Position numbers and translations under genes: made by a program. A DNA stretch of 64,000 bases from a virus: IMG/VR virus record IMGVR_UViG_3300032676_000934, positions 3,388-67,387 of that record; one strand, given 5' to 3'. Every line of letters starts with the position of its first letter. Positions within the stretch are counted from its first letter, which is position 1. Positions 48,713-57,016 of the stretch are shown here, one piece after another. A model generated the notes under the pieces. The model did no database searches, was not told where the DNA came from, and saw only the letters and a list, made by a program, of their open reading frames with translations.

Positions 48713-48902
48713 CTTCCGCCGTTGAGGCGGGAGGTGTCCGTCAAGGACCGAGGGGTTGGTTGGTTCCGGGTCTTACCTTGCAGGGGCATCCGCCTGCTGC
48801 GTCTAACAGATTGGAACACCAACTCGCGGATACCCATCTTGGAGCAGGTTCGCCCTGGCTCCGTAAGCAAGAGCGCAGTCCCTGACGTGATGACTACCTT
48901 CC
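48713..48902 (+). ncRNA. Bridge RNA/seekRNA
   Basis: 5' hairpin, basal stem and two looped arms containing CTAACAGA/TCTTACCTT and CCCATCTTG/AAGCAAGA. Confidence 0.75.
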
Positions 48903-49146
48903 TCAACTTCGATCAGTTCGAAAGGCGGTAACGACGCAGATGCGTTGAACGAGATCCCCTCAAGGGGAGCACCTTCGGTGTGCCGTTAAATACGTTGGCC
49001 CGCGCGAGTGGGAGCCGTAGATGAGATTGGCAGCCGTACTTTTTATGATCGCCCGACGCTCGGGTAGTTCAAGGACGCTTCGCGCCGCTGCGCGGTAAAT
49101 CCTTGAGCTACCCGAGCTTACGGCCGTTCCTGCTCGGCATGGGTTG

Positions 49147-49467
49147 CTAAGGCGGGGTACTGCCTTCCGCTCTGAAGATAATTCGGTTGGCCTGATCGAC
49201 CGGACCGTCTGGGACGAAAGTCCCGTGCTCGTAGACGGCTTCGACCAACTCTTTAAGTGCGGTCAGAAGTTCGGGTGCGGCGGCGATCAGCCGGGCATTG
49301 GCTCTCGCCTCCTCCAGCGTTGCCGTCATCGCATTACCCATGAACGCCACGGTGATCGTGGCCGGGTGATCGCAGGAGACAGTCACATCCGCCGGACGCG
49401 GAATGGAAGCGATGGCTGGATCTGTAAAGTCGTGGACGAACCAAGGTCCACGGGTAAAGGCGGCCAT
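49147..49467 (-). CDS. Cargo: conserved phage hypothetical protein
   Basis: FTRGPW...ANARLIAAAPELL; GGAGGA RBS. Confidence 0.7.
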   Translation of the reverse strand: MAAFTRGPWFVHDFTDPAIASIPRPADVTVSCDHPATITVAFMGNAMTATLEEARANARLIAAAPELLTALKELVEAVYEHGTFVPDGPVDQANRIIFRAEGSTPP

Positions 49468-49473
49468 TCGAAA

Positions 49474-49548
49474 TCCTCCAATCCGATACCGTATTGCAGC
49501 CTAATCCGGTATCGGATAGCTTGCAACAAGCGGTATCGGATTGGAGGA
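49474..49548. promoter_or_regulatory. Palindromic divergent control region
   Basis: Perfect 18-bp IR TCCTCCAATCCGATACCG / CGGTATCGGATTGGAGGA with central ATCCGGTATCGGATA. Confidence 0.75.
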
Positions 49549-49553
49549 CGAAA

Positions 49554-49772
49554 ATGACGGACCACAAGAGCGTAGATACCCTTGGAGATGCGCTTCCTCG
49601 CGAGATGACGCGAGTTCGTGAATTGATCCCGCGGTACGAGAGCGTTCCCATGGGCGGGTTGGCCGCCAACATGATGCGGCACTCGCTGGACCGAGCGCAG
49701 ATAGCCCTCGCTCACGGTGACGTGGTGGCGATGATCCGCTGTTACAAAGACCTCAAGGGTTACGAGGCGTGA
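49554..49772 (+). CDS. Cargo: small hypothetical protein
   Basis: GGAGGA RBS; LGDALP.E..RVRE...GDVVAMIR.Y.DLK. Confidence 0.7.
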   Translation: MTDHKSVDTLGDALPREMTRVRELIPRYESVPMGGLAANMMRHSLDRAQIALAHGDVVAMIRCYKDLKGYEA

Positions 49773-49804
49773 CGCCAGATCCGGTATCGGATACGGCCGC
49801 ACGC

Positions 49805-49981
49805 ATGCCGAAAGAGAAATTCCCTGACGTGATGACGATCCGCCTCCGCGAGGGGACGTTCAAGCGCATCGACGCGATCACCGATCCGAACAAGCGCGGG
49901 GAGTGGATCAGGGACCTGATTGAGCGCGAACTGAAGCGCGAGCGACCGCGTAAGCCGGGCTCAGCGTCGAGCGTGTCATGA
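49805..49981 (+). CDS. Cargo: ribbon-helix-helix regulator
   Basis: MTIRLREGTFKRIDA....RGEWIRDLIERELKR. Confidence 0.7.
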   Translation: MPKEKFPDVMTIRLREGTFKRIDAITDPNKRGEWIRDLIERELKRERPRKPGSASSVS

Positions 49982-50532
49982 CCCCTATCAAGCAAGAGGA
50001 GATCGCTGCGGCGATTGAGGCGCTGGTCTTCTCGTCCTACTCGCACGGCCTCGGGGTCGGAGACGGCACGCTGAGCCAAATGGAGCCTCGCCGCTCCGCA
50101 GAGGCTCGTTTAGCCCTCACCGCCGCGATCCTATCCCGTCTCTCTGCCGCCGAGGCCGGGAGAGAGGCGCACCGAGAGCAGCTACAAGAAGCGCTGGACG
50201 AAATTGACCGGCTAAACGACCCGACGCTCAAGCACATGCGGCTGGAGAACGGCGAGATCAATATGGCCGTCGCCGGGCCGATGGTCGAGCGCTTGGCTCT
50301 GGCAATGACCGCCTGGTTCCGGGAGAGCGGCGCCGAGAACTACGTCGAGATGAACCTCAACGCGCGGGACAATTCGGACGACCGCTACTGCGTCACGGTG
50401 CAGAAGGTGTGGGCGAAGTCGCCTCACCAACTCCGTGCCGAAGCTGAAGCCGCCCGCGACTCCGCCCTTCGAGAACGAGACGAACTAGCTCACCGGCTGA
50501 AAGCGCTGGAGGCGAGTCATGAACGTAGCTGA
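49978..50532 (+). CDS. Hypothetical coiled-coil protein interrupted by the IS
   Basis: In frame with the 47399-47451 fragment across the empty site; present ATG lies in the IS right end. Confidence 0.65.
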   Translation: MTPIKQEEIAAAIEALVFSSYSHGLGVGDGTLSQMEPRRSAEARLALTAAILSRLSAAEAGREAHREQLQEALDEIDRLNDPTLKHMRLENGEINMAVAGPMVERLALAMTAWFRESGAENYVEMNLNARDNSDDRYCVTVQKVWAKSPHQLRAEAEAARDSALRERDELAHRLKALEASHERS

Positions 50533-51040
50533 AAAGTTCTGGAGCAAGGTCAAGCGAAGTGATGACTGCTGGGAGTGGCAGGGAGGAAAGTCACCTCTCG
50601 GGTATGGAAGAGTACGACATGAAGGTAAGGATTGGTTCGCGCATCGAGTGGCTTATTATTTGATTTATGGCGTCCATCCAGGGAACCTGAGCGTTTGCCA
50701 CAAATGCGATAACCCACCCTGCGTTCGCCCGGACCATTTGTTTCTAGGGACTCGTCACGACAACATGATGGACTCGGCAAGAAAGGGCCGTAACGCGATG
50801 CAGCGGTACCCAGAAAAGAACCCGCTCATCCTCAAGATAGCAAGCCAAACTCATTGCAAACGCGGGCATCCGCTGAGCGGCGACAACCTCTATCAAGGGA
50901 GGCGCACAAATCCTCGTCGCGAATGCTTAGCTTGCAAGCGAATGCGCGACCGCTCTGACAAATCGCAGGCGGCACATCGGGCGCGTAGAGCCGCCCGAAG
51001 GATCATAGCTTGTGTGGCCGTGGAGCATGCAAATGGCTGA
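50519..51040 (+). CDS. HNH homing endonuclease
   Basis: FWSKV..DCWEW, AHRVAY, VCHKCDNPPCVRPDHL.LGT..DN; THCKRGH. Confidence 0.88.
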   Translation: MNVAEKFWSKVKRSDDCWEWQGGKSPLGYGRVRHEGKDWFAHRVAYYLIYGVHPGNLSVCHKCDNPPCVRPDHLFLGTRHDNMMDSARKGRNAMQRYPEKNPLILKIASQTHCKRGHPLSGDNLYQGRRTNPRRECLACKRMRDRSDKSQAAHRARRAARRIIACVAVEHANG

Positions 51041-51452
51041 CACATTCGACGAAGCTCTTGATTACATCCGGCCCCACCCATTCACAAACGGCCCGGTGGT
51101 ATTGAAGTCTGGCATGCTTCGATGCTGCGTTTCGGCCATCCTCGTCCACGCGGGGAACCTAGAACGCGAACGCGATGACTATCGAGATGACAGCCTGCGT
51201 CTCCATCGAGAGAAGATGGACCGGTTGCATCGTGCGATTGAGGCTGAGGCTGCCCTGACCGCCGCCCTCGCCCGCGTGGAGAGGCTGGAAGAAGCCCTGC
51301 GCACCGTCGACCAAGACGCACGGGACCACATCCGATCAGATGAGATCGCACCCGCGCTCTTGCGCCCTCATGCCTTGCGGGCTGTCCGGCAAGCCCTCTC
51401 CGATCCCAGCGTTCCTGATCTGAAAGAGACGAGAGAGGGAGCCGAAGGATGA
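51033..51452 (+). CDS. Hypothetical coiled-coil protein
   Basis: Likely start MADTFDE. Confidence 0.5.
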   Translation: MADTFDEALDYIRPHPFTNGPVVLKSGMLRCCVSAILVHAGNLERERDDYRDDSLRLHREKMDRLHRAIEAEAALTAALARVERLEEALRTVDQDARDHIRSDEIAPALLRPHALRAVRQALSDPSVPDLKETREGAEG

Positions 51453-51703
51453 GCGAGCGCACGCTCTACATCACCTATTCGGTGCAGTCCGGCAGTAACA
51501 CGGGGGTCGGCCGCAACACCGTGACCCTGAGTAGCAAAGGCGCCCTCCCCGATCTGCTCAGCATGGCCGACATCCGCCGGATCGAGGAGGATAACTTGCG
51601 GATCGTTCGCGAGACCATGCCAGAGGTAACCGCACTGCACATCACATGGTGGACCGAGATCCGGCCAGAGGTCTCCTCCCCTGCTCCTACCGAGGAGGGC
51701 TAG
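51449..51703 (+). CDS. Hypothetical protein
   Basis: ATGA-coupled. Confidence 0.5.
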   Translation: MSERTLYITYSVQSGSNTGVGRNTVTLSSKGALPDLLSMADIRRIEEDNLRIVRETMPEVTALHITWWTEIRPEVSSPAPTEEG

Positions 51704-51705
51704 CC

Positions 51706-51933
51706 ATGACCGTCGCATCCGACATCCACACCATGCAGCCCGGCGACATCTACGAGGACAAGCACGGCATCAAGTGGGCTGTCGCCGGCTTCTGGACCGA
51801 TCCCGTCGTTCTGATGGAGCAGGTCTGGCCGCCGACTGAGGGCGAGTCTCGCAGACAGCAGGCCGGCATCCACGGCTTGCTCTGGGATGGCTTCCGGAAG
51901 CTCGCCCCCACTCAGGCAGAAGGAGAGCGGTGA
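51706..51933 (+). CDS. Hypothetical protein
   Basis: GGAGG RBS; MQPGDIYED..G..W. Confidence 0.5.
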   Translation: MTVASDIHTMQPGDIYEDKHGIKWAVAGFWTDPVVLMEQVWPPTEGESRRQQAGIHGLLWDGFRKLAPTQAEGER

Positions 51934-52266
51934 TGTCCTCCCACAACCCAGCAGGAGAAGGGCGGGGACGGGGGTTGATCACCTTCCGGTCAGCGGCACG
52001 GGCGAAGGGGTGGGCTTCCGGGAACTCCGCCATCAGGCGGGACAGGAGGTGACGATGTATCCGATTGCGTGGCTGCCTTGGGGCAAGTGGTGGTTCAGAT
52101 CATGCCGGGGCGGCCGGCTTGAGGCGGCCGGCGTTACATCGGTGCCAGAGCTTCCCGCCAACGATCCCGACGTGATTGCCATGGGCTACGTCCCATACTG
52201 TCACGACGGCGAGGACTACTAGGGCAGAGGGGAAATCCGCCCACTTCAAAAATGGCAGGAGGTTTG

Positions 52267-52539
52267 ATGAGCAGGGCAGTTGGGTACATGCGCGAGGAAA
52301 TCGAGCAGCTAAAGGGTGAGAACGAGCGGTTGCGGGCCGACTATGCAGCCTTAGAAGCTGACATGCGGGATGTGCGCGACGCCTTGGCACGGACCTTCAG
52401 CAAGGACGACCCGCCGCAGATCTTCACGAGCGCCACAGACAAGCTGGATCGGGCACCGGTCCTTTGGGCCTACGAGCGGGCGAGCAGTGCTGTTCTGTCG
52501 GATGAGGTTCGGAATGTGGGGCAACGGCACCCCACATAA
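52267..52539 (+). CDS. Hypothetical protein
   Basis: GGAGG RBS; coiled coil. Confidence 0.45.
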   Translation: MSRAVGYMREEIEQLKGENERLRADYAALEADMRDVRDALARTFSKDDPPQIFTSATDKLDRAPVLWAYERASSAVLSDEVRNVGQRHPT

Positions 52540-52674
52540 CCGCCCACAACGCCGAGGCGGCGCAAGAGCGTGAAGGCCCGGCTGGAGGCATCCGTTCAGC
52601 CCGCAGGAAATGTGGGGCAAATTGTGGGAAGGGGTCATTTTTCGACTGTTCGCGGGACCCCGAAACGATGTCAG

Positions 52675-52989
52675 ATGGAGCACATACAGCCCATGAACTG
52701 CGTCAATAAATTAAACCCAGAGGCGTATGCCCGGGTCCTCGATGTAGTGCGCAAGGCGGACTTGTTGGTTGACAGCACATCCAACGGAGGGATGGAAAGC
52801 CAATTCGTTTCGCAGAACGCATGGCTTGAACTTTCGCATGCGCTTCTTGCGCTGCGGAACATAATACCCATCGAAGAAAAGCCCGCTGAAACGCCGCACG
52901 CCGTCGTGCTGTTCTGGCCGGAGATGGGTAACTCAAACGAGCGGCTAAACGAGGACGAGGTCCTTTCCGCCGCACTTGCAGAGACCTGA
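52675..52989 (+). CDS. Hypothetical protein
   Basis: AT-richer ORF; start uncertain. Confidence 0.4.
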   Translation: MEHIQPMNCVNKLNPEAYARVLDVVRKADLLVDSTSNGGMESQFVSQNAWLELSHALLALRNIIPIEEKPAETPHAVVLFWPEMGNSNERLNEDEVLSAALAET

Positions 52990-53048
52990 GCAGGGCGGAG
53001 GGGGCATCCTCCCTTCCCCGAGCGATCCGCCCCCGCTACCTTCACCTT

Positions 53049-53237
53049 ATGAGCGACGACCACGACGCCATTCAAGAAGCCGCAGATGCTCTGATCCTGG
53101 CCGGCTATGACGTGAAGCCTTGGGGCGACGATCTAAGCATGTGGCTCGTGAACGGCGAGACGGTCTCAGACGGGGACCTGATGGCCTTGGCTATCCGGCT
53201 GGGATTGATGGATCCGACGACGACGCGCCTGCAATGA
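53049..53237 (+). CDS. Hypothetical protein
   Basis: 62 aa acidic ORF. Confidence 0.5.
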   Translation: MSDDHDAIQEAADALILAGYDVKPWGDDLSMWLVNGETVSDGDLMALAIRLGLMDPTTTRLQ

Positions 53238-53449
53238 ACTCGCTCGGCCTCGTCCTCCCGCTCAAGATCCTCGTTCTGGAGGAGGCGGTGAAGGTTGTGG
53301 ATCACCAAGGGAAGGTCGCCTTCTACTGCTACATCGCGGCCGACCGAGAGCGCCGGATCCAGACCAACCGGCTGTCGCCAGAGTAAGGCGTTGAGGTCGC
53401 GAGGATCTGTGCGAGGGCGCTGACGGATGCGCTGGAAACTGGAGGGTAA
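53234..53449 (+). pseudogene. Small gene with probable internal stop
   Basis: ...NRLSPE*GVEVARICARALTDALETGG*; coding-like sequence continues past TAA at 53384. Confidence 0.4.
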
Positions 53450-53693
53450 AGTGATCTCGAACCAACTGCCGTTCGATCCGCTGAACGCTACGCCGGAGGA
53501 AGAAGCCGGCATGATGAAGGGCTACCTCGCCCTGGCCTCGCGCCTCGTGATGCGGCCTGTCCCGAGACGGCTTCGATCGCCTTCGCGCACGGCTGGCGGA
53601 TGCGGAAGAATGATCGGGCCGGCGTCGTTGACGATGACCAACGCGAGTTGGCGCAGAGGATGCTGGCGCGAGCTTAGCCGCAGCGGTGCAGGC

Positions 53694-53725
53694 AAAAAGA
53701 AACCCGCGCGGCAAGCCGGGCGGGT
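53694..53725 (-). terminator. Rho-independent terminator ending the lysis operon
   Basis: ACCCGC.CGGC/GCCG.GCGGGT hairpin followed by TTCTTTTT on the minus strand. Confidence 0.7.
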
Positions 53726-53773
53726 GGGTAGAACGACAGCGATGTGAAGCGCCAGGAGAGGCGCGGGTCGGGG

Positions 53774-54181
53774 CTAGGTCGTCAGCTTCATGTCGCGGAG
53801 CCGGTCGCAGAGCGTGCGGAGAAGGTCGGAACTCTGCCGCCATTCCTCGTGCCGGCGATCCGCCATGTCGACTTCGTGTTCCCGGCGCTCCTTCGCGAGC
53901 CTCTTACGCACCTCCATCTCGGCTTCTCGGGCCAGGGTGCAGCGGTCATGTGAGGCTGCCATCGCGCGAAAAGCCTCAATCAGATCGCGGAGATCCTGCT
54001 GCCCCATGACCATGCCGCCGATCTGGCCAAGGGCAGATGGGCCGACAGTCGGCGGGGCGATGTAGGGCTTTTCAGCCTTGGCCTTCAGCCATCCGAAAAA
54101 TGCGAGAGCAATCGCGCCTCCACTTCCAGTTCCGAGTAAGGCAAGCAACCAACTCCAGATATCCGTGGCCTCAGGCGCCAT
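53774..54181 (-). CDS. Membrane-anchored lysis-region protein
   Basis: Likely start MAPEATD; N-terminal TM helix plus coiled coil. Confidence 0.55.
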   Translation of the reverse strand: MAPEATDIWSWLLALLGTGSGGAIALAFFGWLKAKAEKPYIAPPTVGPSALGQIGGMVMGQQDLRDLIEAFRAMAASHDRCTLAREAEMEVRKRLAKERREHEVDMADRRHEEWRQSSDLLRTLCDRLRDMKLTT

Positions 54182-54630
54182 CACACCACCCGGTAGCTGA
54201 GCGAGCTGTTCTTGAAGATGTCGTAGCCGGCAGCGGCCACGCACCAACCCTCAAACACGAAGAAGATGACGTAATAGACCCAGGCGGCCGGCATTGGCGC
54301 GTCGAACGCCCTGGTCGAGACGAACATCAGGAAGGCGATCGTCAGCCAGAGCAGCCCGGACGCGATAGAGCCCGCCATACGGATCAATGGCGTGCGTCGC
54401 CAGAGACCGTTGATGCCAAGGCCAAGGCATCGGAGCGTTCCAATCAGGATTGCGAGGCACCCCCAGGTAGGCTCCCGGAAAACCGCGCTCATGAGGCGGT
54501 ACATCGGCTCCTGAAAGAGCGCGTTCGGCTGAAGCACTGTCCAGCCCCAGCCGAGGGCGCAGAGAGCCAGAAGCCACTCCGTCGAGCGCGTTTTGTTCAG
54601 AGATGTCATGCCGACGTTGTTGTTGCTCAT
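54181..54630 (-). CDS. Four-TM membrane protein (holin-region)
   Basis: Four hydrophobic helices. Confidence 0.6.
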   Translation of the reverse strand: MSNNNVGMTSLNKTRSTEWLLALCALGWGWTVLQPNALFQEPMYRLMSAVFREPTWGCLAILIGTLRCLGLGINGLWRRTPLIRMAGSIASGLLWLTIAFLMFVSTRAFDAPMPAAWVYYVIFFVFEGWCVAAAGYDIFKNSSLSYRVV

Positions 54631-54661
54631 GGGGCTGCGCCCTTCGGGGCTGGAGGGGGCA

Positions 54662-55024
54662 TCATCCCTGCGTAATGCCGGGGAGCTTCGCGGCCTCGGC
54701 GACGGACGGGACCACGTTGGACAGCGGGATCTCGGAGGCCGTCTTCGGTTTCGTCACGACGGCATCGACCTGATCAAGGTCCGCTGCCGACTGGATGATC
54801 CCGTGCGGGCGGTTCTTGATGAGCCCCCACAGGCCAGCGCCCGCGAGCAGGATGCTGCCGACGACAGCCTGGAACTCAGGCGTGCCGAGATAGGCCAGCG
54901 TCTCCTTGGTGATGAGCCCACGGCTGGCGAGGATGCCGGCCACGAAGCTGATCACGAGGCAGACCATCGCGATGAGCTGCGGAGAGATGACGACCTTGTT
55001 GGTCGTAGGTGTCTGATCCGGCAT
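54662..55024 (-). CDS. Holin-like two-TM protein
   Basis: Two TM helices; downstream of the endolysin. Confidence 0.55.
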   Translation of the reverse strand: MPDQTPTTNKVVISPQLIAMVCLVISFVAGILASRGLITKETLAYLGTPEFQAVVGSILLAGAGLWGLIKNRPHGIIQSAADLDQVDAVVTKPKTASEIPLSNVVPSVAEAAKLPGITQG

Positions 55025-55033
55025 TGGTTCCTC

Positions 55034-55267
55034 TCAGCCTAGATGGGGGGCGAGCTTGTCCCAAAGGTCGGCTGGAATGCTGTCCAGCTCGTCCTTGGTG
55101 AAGGTCGGGTGATTGAAGAAGCTGCACGCCTGGAGCTTCGCCACGAGTTCGGGCTTGAGGCGCGGCAGGGCGTCGTGAACCGGCTTCATGTTCAGCGCCA
55201 TGCTGATGGTCGCGCCCTCGCCGGCACTGATCTTGTGAGGCAGGGAGAATGGGTACTTGCGAGCCAT
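55034..55267 (-). CDS. Hypothetical protein
   Basis: 77 aa in the lysis operon. Confidence 0.5.
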   Translation of the reverse strand: MARKYPFSLPHKISAGEGATISMALNMKPVHDALPRLKPELVAKLQACSFFNHPTFTKDELDSIPADLWDKLAPHLG

Positions 55268-55274
55268 GGCGCCC

Positions 55275-55763
55275 TCACCGCGTGCGAGTGCCGGTAACGG
55301 GCACCGGCTGGCCGTTCACGATGATCGTCTTGGTGACGGTCTCACCGACCTTCGGCTCGGCAGGCTTTGCGGGGGCCTTCTTTGCCTTCTCGGGCGCCTC
55401 ACCGGCCGTGTAGGACGTCGGAGCCGCGTTGCTCAGCGCCGTGCAGGCGATCTGCGCGACCTTCGTCACCGGCACGCTCACGGAAGCGATGTCCGGGTTC
55501 AGCGCGACGATGATGTTTTGAACTGAGGTAACGGTCGGCAGGTAGCCGCAGGCGGTCTTGGTGGCCGTGCGGACCTGATTGATGATCGCCGTGACCTTCT
55601 GGATCTGGGCGGTCGAGAGGCCGATGCCGGAGAGGCCAGACGGGGAAGTCACGCCGCCGTTGAGGACGTCGTTGATCTGGCCCTGGCTGGCCGTCAGGTT
55701 GCACGCAGAGAGGCCGACGCCGACGCAGCCAAGCGCCAGCGCCCGAGCGATGTTCGGAAGCAT
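55275..55763 (-). CDS. Lipoprotein (possible spanin)
   Basis: Likely start MLPNIAR; lipobox LSAC. Confidence 0.6.
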   Translation of the reverse strand: MLPNIARALALGCVGVGLSACNLTASQGQINDVLNGGVTSPSGLSGIGLSTAQIQKVTAIINQVRTATKTACGYLPTVTSVQNIIVALNPDIASVSVPVTKVAQIACTALSNAAPTSYTAGEAPEKAKKAPAKPAEPKVGETVTKTIIVNGQPVPVTGTRTR

Positions 55764-55826
55764 GGTGGTTCTCGCGATGTAGGGATTGCCGGAGACCGCC
55801 GGCTCGGGACGTGCTAGGATTGACGG

Positions 55827-56135
55827 ATGCTGGACGCCGATCACGTCACCCGAAAACTTGCCGCCCTATGGGAGGGGCGCGGGCCTATCGCGCTGACGCC
55901 GATGAATGTCGATGCGATCAGGTCGAGTGTGTTGGCGACTCTCGGAGAGTTGGCGGATCAATACGATGTAGAAGTGGGGCCCGCTCCCGACGGCACTGTC
56001 AGGGTCACGGCTCAGCCAAAAAAATCGGAGGCCGAACAGGCGGCTATTGATGCCCGGACTCGCGAGATCGCAGAGGATCTCCAGCGTCTTCGTGAGATCG
56101 GCGACCGCTACCGCGCTACCGCTTCCAAGCCGTAA
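55827..56135 (+). CDS. Hypothetical protein (counter-oriented)
   Basis: 102 aa, opposite strand inside the lysis cluster. Confidence 0.4.
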   Translation: MLDADHVTRKLAALWEGRGPIALTPMNVDAIRSSVLATLGELADQYDVEVGPAPDGTVRVTAQPKKSEAEQAAIDARTREIAEDLQRLREIGDRYRATASKP

Positions 56136-56368
56136 GCAGTCCGTACAACCACCCGCCGGCCCGCTTGCCGAGGCTATCGCCGTATTTTGGCGGCGGAAGC
56201 TTCGGCATAGGCGGCAGCCGCTTCTTTGGCTTCTCAGTCATGGCGGGATCCCCAGATACGAGAACGCGACGCACCACATCACCACCAGGATCACGCATCC
56301 CAGGATGAGGTGGAGGTACAGAGACCGGACCGCAGCGCGGAACTCCGGATCATCGTCCGGGTCGATGT

Positions 56369-57016
56369 TCACCGCTTGGCCTTGGCCCGGTGAATGACGT
56401 GCGCGACGGGAGCGGCGCGCTTCTTGACCGGGACAGGCTTCTTTGGCTCAACGGCGTGCTTGTCGGCGACAGGTTTGGGCTTTGCGGGGGCTACGGAGGC
56501 CGCTGGCGGCGTTGAGGCTTCTGCGGGCGCAATGGGAGCCGCAGGCTGCGCAAGGCCTTTCCTGATGGCCGGCAGAGCCTTCTTCGCCCAGACGAGCCGG
56601 CTGGCGAGCAACGGCTTACCCGGCCGCTCAAAATTGACCATGAAGCTGTGCGTCGCCCCCTCAAGGGTGTGCTCGCGCTTCAGGGCTGCCAGAGACGCCT
56701 TTTCGGATCCGCGCAGCTCGACGTACAGATAGCCGATGTTGGCTGCGTCAGATGCCGGATCCAGCTTGTTGGCCTTGCACCATGCCTCCATGGCGCGGCG
56801 ACGCGGGCCGGTCCATTGGGCGAGCCCCCACCCGCCCCGGGAGCCCTTCACGACAGGCTTGATCTCTTGGAGGTAGCGGAACCCGCCGCTCTCGTGGCCC
56901 AGATTGCCTAGGAGTCCAGCGGCCTGAATATCGGTCAGTCCGAGGTCATGCATCAGCCGAGGGCCGAAGGCCGCAGATTTGGTCGAGAACAGATCGACGA
57001 TGGTCTTGACGGTCAT
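56369..57016 (-). CDS. Endolysin (phage tail lysozyme-like)
   Basis: QAAGLLGNL.HESG, GWGLAQWTGPRR, FERP motifs; basic Pro-rich tail. Confidence 0.85.
   Translation of the reverse strand: MTVKTIVDLFSTKSAAFGPRLMHDLGLTDIQAAGLLGNLGHESGGFRYLQEIKPVVKGSRGGWGLAQWTGPRRRAMEAWCKANKLDPASDAANIGYLYVELRGSEKASLAALKREHTLEGATHSFMVNFERPGKPLLASRLVWAKKALPAIRKGLAQPAAPIAPAEASTPPAASVAPAKPKPVADKHAVEPKKPVPVKKRAAPVAHVIHRAKAKR

Larger units (their letters stand above)
47449..49997 (+). mobile_element. IS1111-type (IS110 family) element with three cargo genes
   Basis: AGA cores at 47449-47451 and 49995-49997; sub-terminal IRs TGATAGGGGTC (47457-47467) and GACCCCTATCA (49980-49990); ends match guide segments in the internal RNA. 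Confidence 0.8.

Noticed and set aside
48722-48931. 69-aa ORF downstream of the recombinase
   Set aside because: TTG start, no clear RBS, and the region is better explained as structured RNA.
48879-49836. Exact 16-mer TCCCTGACGTGATGAC in both the bridge RNA (48879) and the RHH gene (49821)
   Set aside because: In the RNA it forms the basal stem with CGTCAAGGAC rather than a guide loop, and a single 16-mer match can arise by chance. Not fully excluded given the proximity.
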